A stretch of DNA of 63,380 nt, filler included. It is 3 parts of 3 records of this genome, joined end to end, with 100 filler letters (N's around TTAATTAATTAA, not from the genome) between each part and the next. Parts side by side here need not be neighbours in the genome. Positions count along the whole stretch, not along the records: positions 39,229 to 63,380 come from DRR723986_2312; 2 more parts are not named here. One strand, written 5' to 3'. The translations under genes and the position numbers were made by a program. Positions 59,640-63,380 of the stretch are shown here, in pieces. Numbering within the stretch: the stretch's first letter is position 1; the number at the start of each line of letters is the position of its first letter. The notes under the pieces are model-generated. The model was not told where the DNA came from. It searched no databases and saw only the letters and a program-made list of their open reading frames with translations.

Positions 59640-61343
59640 TCAGTACTTCTTGCCTGCCGTTTCCGCTTCGATCTTGCGGGTAATGTACCACTGCTGGGAG
59701 ATCGAAAGAATGTTGTTCACCAGCCAGTACAGAACCAGACCGGCCGGGAACCACAGGAAGAACACGGTGAAGATCAGCGGCATAAGCTTCATGATCTTGG
59801 CCTGCATGGGGTCCGGGGGCGTCGGGTTCAGGCTCATCTGGATGAACATGCTGGCGCCCATCAGGATCGGCAGGATGAAGTACGGGTCCATTTGGGACAG
59901 ATCCTGAATCCACAGCATGAACGGCGCATGACGCAACTGGACACTTTCAAACAGTACCCAGTAAAGCGAGATGAACACCGGCATCTGCACCAGTATTGGC
60001 AGACAGCCCCCGAGCGGATTGATTTTCTCGCGCTTGTACAGCGCCATCATTTCCTGGGACATGCGTTGGCGATCGTCGCCATAGAGCTCTTTCAGCCGGG
60101 TCAGTTGCGGAGCGACCGCGCGCATTTTCGCCATGGAGCGATAGCTGGTGGCGGAGAGGTGGAAGAACACCGCTTTTACCAACACCGTCAGCAGGATGAT
60201 AGCGACACCCCAGTTACCGACCAGGCCATAGAACCATTCAAGGATGTAGAACAGCGGCAGGGAAATGAAGAACAGCCAGCCGAAATCAACGGTGCGATCC
60301 AGGTTCGGAGCCAGAGCTTCCAGCCGATCAATGATCTTGGGACCGACATAAGCAGTGGCGCCCACTTCTGCGGTCTCACCCGGTGCTACCGTCGTCGCAG
60401 GATAAACAAAGCCCATGACATGGAGATCACCCCGTCGGGTGGTCTGGAACTGGGCTTTCTGGTCCCGCTCGGGAACCCATGCGGTCAGGTAGTAATGCTG
60501 CAGGAAGGCCAGCCAGCCATTGGTGACGGACTGATTGACGCGCTTCTCTGACAGATCCTCGAAATCGTACTTCTCATACGGATCTTCCGGGGTACTGATC
60601 ACCATGCCCAGATAAGCCCGGATTCCCATGCTGGCCTGGGAGGTCGGATCTGGCGCCTGATCGCGTACGATCTTGCCGGTGAAGTTACCTTGCCATGGGC
60701 TTTCTGAACGGTTGTCGATCAGGTAGCTGACATCAATCTGATAGCTGTTGCGGGACAGATGATAGCGTTTGGTGATGGCTACACCGCTGTCAGTGGTGTA
60801 CACCAGGTCGATGGTCAGTTCATCTTCCCCTTCCGCCAGCTGGTAACTGCCGGTTTCTGCCTGAAATACCGGAGCGTCACCGGCCTGGCTGCCATCCGGG
60901 CCATCGCGACCGATCAGGCCACTTTCCAGGAGATAGGTGCGGGTACTGGTATTGGTCAGCAGTTTCAGTGGCTGTTCGCTGTCCAGAGACTCGTCGTATT
61001 GTAACAGGGAACTGTCAACCACATTACCGCCTACGCGGTCGATCTTCAGCTCGTAAACATCCGTGGTCACGGTAATGAAACGATCTGCCAGATCCTGATC
61101 GCTGCTGGCGGAGGTTGTCGCGAGTGAGCCGGTCTCTGGCGTTGCAAACTCTTCACCGCCTGCGTTGTTATCCTCAGGCAGGATCATGTCATCGGTGCTG
61201 TTGGTAGCACTGCTGTCTGAGGGAGATTGCGCCTCGGCAACCTGTTCTGTTTGAGGCTGGTGATAATCCTCGTTCCAGGCAAGTACCATCAGGTAACTGA
61301 CAATGGCGAGGCCGGCAAACAAAACGATGCGTTGAATATCCAT
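59640..61343 (-). CDS. yidC: Membrane protein insertase YidC
   Basis: MDIQR, QHYYL.AW, YVGPK, VDFGWL, GNWGVAII, SMAKMR, NPLGGCLP, DPYFILP, FPAGLVLYW. Confidence 0.98.
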   Translation of the reverse strand: MDIQRIVLFAGLAIVSYLMVLAWNEDYHQPQTEQVAEAQSPSDSSATNSTDDMILPEDNNAGGEEFATPETGSLATTSASSDQDLADRFITVTTDVYELKIDRVGGNVVDSSLLQYDESLDSEQPLKLLTNTSTRTYLLESGLIGRDGPDGSQAGDAPVFQAETGSYQLAEGEDELTIDLVYTTDSGVAITKRYHLSRNSYQIDVSYLIDNRSESPWQGNFTGKIVRDQAPDPTSQASMGIRAYLGMVISTPEDPYEKYDFEDLSEKRVNQSVTNGWLAFLQHYYLTAWVPERDQKAQFQTTRRGDLHVMGFVYPATTVAPGETAEVGATAYVGPKIIDRLEALAPNLDRTVDFGWLFFISLPLFYILEWFYGLVGNWGVAIILLTVLVKAVFFHLSATSYRSMAKMRAVAPQLTRLKELYGDDRQRMSQEMMALYKREKINPLGGCLPILVQMPVFISLYWVLFESVQLRHAPFMLWIQDLSQMDPYFILPILMGASMFIQMSLNPTPPDPMQAKIMKLMPLIFTVFFLWFPAGLVLYWLVNNILSISQQWYITRKIEAETAGKKY

Positions 61344-61347
61344 AAAC

Positions 61348-61641
61348 TTAGTGTCTGGTCTGAGTAGTGGAATGAGTGCTTTCTGTCGGATTGCAGGCCT
61401 GGCCGGAGCGAGGCGCCGTATTCAGTTCCGTTCCCGGTACCGGATCATAACCGCCTTCTGCCCAGGGATGACACCTGAGTAGCCGGGCTGTTGCCAGGTA
61501 ACCGCCTTTCAGAGGTCCGTGATGTTGGATGGCCTCGAGGGCGTATTGTGAACAGGTAGGGTAATGACGGCAATGGCTGGCCATCATCGGACTGATGGCA
61601 TACTGGTAGAACCGGATGGGCAAGAGCAGGAGTTGACGCAT
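61348..61641 (-). CDS. yidD: Membrane protein insertion efficiency factor YidD
   Basis: [34 protein letters not shown]. Confidence 0.95.
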   Translation of the reverse strand: MRQLLLLPIRFYQYAISPMMASHCRHYPTCSQYALEAIQHHGPLKGGYLATARLLRCHPWAEGGYDPVPGTELNTAPRSGQACNPTESTHSTTQTRH

Positions 61642-62039
61642 TACTCCGTACCTCTGGGATTGCCGACGGATTGATCAGGCGTGGACTGCCGGTATTTTTT
61701 CTTTACCCGATGCCAAAGATCATTCAGTGAGGAACGGACCGTATCGTTATCCAGCCGATCCAGCCCCTGGCGGCCGAGCACAATGATATCAAGGCCTGGC
61801 AGATCTGGTTGGAGCCGGAAGGTTTCCCTTACCTGACGCTTGATCCGGTTTCTCTGAACGGCGAGCCGAAGATTCTTCTTGGAGAAGATCAATCCGACCC
61901 TGGCGTGTCCCAATGAATTGGCAGAGGCCAGGATCAGAAAATTCCTGTGCGGAACTTTCAGCGTTACGTCATTGAAGACCCTGCTGTAATCCGAAGGTTT
62001 CAACAGTCTGTGAGACTTCGGAAACGTCAAGGCCTTCAT
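61641..62039 (-). CDS. rnpA: Ribonuclease P protein component
   Basis: [32 protein letters not shown] (RNR motif). Confidence 0.95.
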   Translation of the reverse strand: MKALTFPKSHRLLKPSDYSRVFNDVTLKVPHRNFLILASANSLGHARVGLIFSKKNLRLAVQRNRIKRQVRETFRLQPDLPGLDIIVLGRQGLDRLDNDTVRSSLNDLWHRVKKKYRQSTPDQSVGNPRGTE

Positions 62040-62054
62040 GAGGCAGGCTTCAGA

Positions 62055-62189
62055 TTACGCAGACAGGCGTGCACGGCCCTTGGCACGGCGACGAGACAGT
62101 ACCTTGCGACCATTGGCTGTCGCCATACGGGCACGGAAACCGTGAACGCGCTTGCGCTTCAGGACGCTCGGTTGGAATGTTCTTTTCAT
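62055..62189 (-). CDS. rpmH: 50S ribosomal protein L34
   Basis: [44 protein letters not shown]. Confidence 0.99.
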   Translation of the reverse strand: MKRTFQPSVLKRKRVHGFRARMATANGRKVLSRRRAKGRARLSA

Positions 62190-62261
62190 GGTGATGTTCT
62201 CACAAATCGTCGATGGACATTGATCAGTGGCTGGAAAATAGACAGCCAAAACAGGAGCGGC

Positions 62262-62290
62262 ATTCTAGTCAAATACCGGTGCAAGTTCAA
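62262..62290 (-). promoter_or_regulatory. Sigma70 promoter of rpmH-rnpA-yidD-yidC
   Basis: Minus strand TTGAAC-N17-TAGAAT with a GC-rich discriminator. Confidence 0.7.
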
Positions 62291-62349
62291 TGGTTATGGT
62301 TTGGTCAGGCAAGATTCTGGCATGGGTACTAACCGACATGGCGAGTAAT

Positions 62350-62705
62350 AGAATCTGTAAGGTCTTTTTAAATTTCTTTCAAAGATATTTATTACTGTTG
62401 TTAGGCACCTTGATTTCTGTGGATAAGGGAAAATTCATTTGAATAATCATGAAATTAACGCCATGACAAAGCTTGTGACAGATACCGGTGAGCCCTGTGG
62501 ATTTCGTCATCACGGATTGTGCACAAGTGGGATGGGTGATGGTGAACCGAGTTATGCAAGTATCCGTCAAGATCTTTCCCACAGGACTGAACCCCGGGTT
62601 TGCACAAGCTTCTGTGAATAACTTTTTTTCAGGCATTTTCTGTACACAAGGCTGTAGATATGTCTGAAACAATATGAAAACTATGAAGAAAAGTTTCCAC
62701 AGGGT
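62350..62705. other. oriC: Chromosomal replication origin oriC (rpmH-dnaA intergenic)
   Basis: AT-rich DUE at ~62362-62400; DnaA-trio-like run (minus strand TAA CAA CAG TAA TAA, 62389-62403) next to GGTGCC and a perfect box TGTGGATAA (62418-62426); TGTGAATAA (62613-62621) and several degenerate boxes (62496, 62518, 62575, 62693). Confidence 0.88.
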
Positions 62706-62832
62706 GTTTATGACAAAGGTTTCCGGCCTTTTACTGAAGGCTCGTGCAGGTTAGAATCTCCGGTCACTTCAGGCACCGGTTGGCGTTGGTTTAACGGTGC
62801 CTTATCAGTCAGGTTTTCGGGAGCAGGCGGTC

Positions 62833-63380
62833 GTGCCGAACAGTATGTGGCATCAATGTCTTGAAGTACTCCGGGATGAGTTTCCCGCACAGCAGTTCAA
62901 TACCTGGTTGAGGCCCCTTCAGTCTGATCACCGGGAAGGGCAGCTCATGCTGTTTGCCCCGAACCGGTTTGTGATGGACTGGGTCAACGAAAAATACCTT
63001 CGCCGTATAGAAGAAGTATTGAAGGATCTGAATGGTGGTCAGGCGCCACGAGTCATGATGAAAGTGGGCTCTGCGCCCAAGCCCACAGATCCGGTGGTTC
63101 GCTCCGAAGTGGCGCCGCCGGTCCGGGTCTCGGAAGAAACCGAGCAGACCGTTACGGAAGAAGAAAGAAGTGTTGCGGCTACTGTTGCGGATTCAGCACC
63201 AAGAGCGATGTCTGCGCCGGCACCCAAGGCCCAGGCCGAGCGCCGTCCGGTGCAGGTAGAAGGTGATATCAAACACCAGAGTTTTCTTAACGAAACCTTT
63301 ACCTTCGATACCTTTGTCGAGGGTAAATCGAACCAGCTGGCCCGGGCTGCCTCCATGCAGGTGGCGGAAAACCCCGGTGG
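62833..63380 (+). CDS. dnaA: Chromosomal replication initiator DnaA (5' part; runs off the window and is absent from the ORF track)
   Basis: GTG at 62833: MPNSMWHQCLEVLRDEFPAQQFNTWLRPLQ..LFAPNRFVMDWVNEKY..LNETFTFDTFVEGKSNQLARAA. Confidence 0.97.
   Translation, partial: MPNSMWHQCLEVLRDEFPAQQFNTWLRPLQSDHREGQLMLFAPNRFVMDWVNEKYLRRIEEVLKDLNGGQAPRVMMKVGSAPKPTDPVVRSEVAPPVRVSEETEQTVTEEERSVAATVADSAPRAMSAPAPKAQAERRPVQVEGDIKHQSFLNETFTFDTFVEGKSNQLARAASMQVAENPG

Noticed and set aside
62379..62890. Short ORFs in the rpmH-dnaA spacer
   Set aside because: They overlap the oriC boxes and dnaA promoter and lack RBS or protein-like features
43013..63380. parS sites near parAB and oriC
   Set aside because: No convincing TGTTnCACGTGnAACA match found by eye; TTCCACGTAG near 59056 is a partial match inside mnmE coding sequence

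Overview
This window is not one genomic locus. It is three separate contigs joined by two identical 100-nt artificial linkers (N44-TTAATTAATTAA-N44 at 29589-29688 and 39129-39228). Contig 1 (1-29588) is a high-GC Rhodobacteraceae-type chromosome segment. It carries mreB(end)-mreCD-mrdA-rodA-ghrA, SseB and UDG-family genes, rlmJ, comM, gshB, yraN, rsmI, an LpoA-like lipoprotein, glnD, a probable gamma-butyrobetaine/carnitine CoA-pathway cluster with a GlxA-type regulator, HU, a class II aldolase, a thiolase, a soluble hybrid kinase, yaaA, recQ and yggT. Contig 2 (29689-39128) is part of a Roseobacter-type flagellar cluster: flgI, fliP-fliN-fliH-fliF, fliL, a small conserved membrane protein, motE, motA and a large periplasmic protein, with a divergent flippase-like membrane gene sitting between flgI and fliP. 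Contig 3 (39229-63380) is the replication-origin region of a gammaproteobacterium that looks like Marinobacter. It holds the atp operon, parAB, rsmG, mnmG, an ~10 kb accessory block (EAL protein, RND pump, DUF3833, acyl-CoA dehydrogenase, ectD, solute-binding protein), mnmE, yidC, yidD, rnpA, rpmH, oriC and the start of dnaA. I found no rRNA, tRNA, CRISPR array, IS element or prophage, and most of the window is housekeeping DNA. I cannot support a clearly novel multi-gene system. The best leads are a second DnaA-box/IHF cluster 15 kb from oriC, NrdR-like tandem boxes upstream of the ATP synthase operon, the flippase-like gene inside the flagellar cluster, and shared CtrA-like boxes at comM and an orphan hybrid kinase. 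All family assignments come from recognising motifs by eye; no searches were run.
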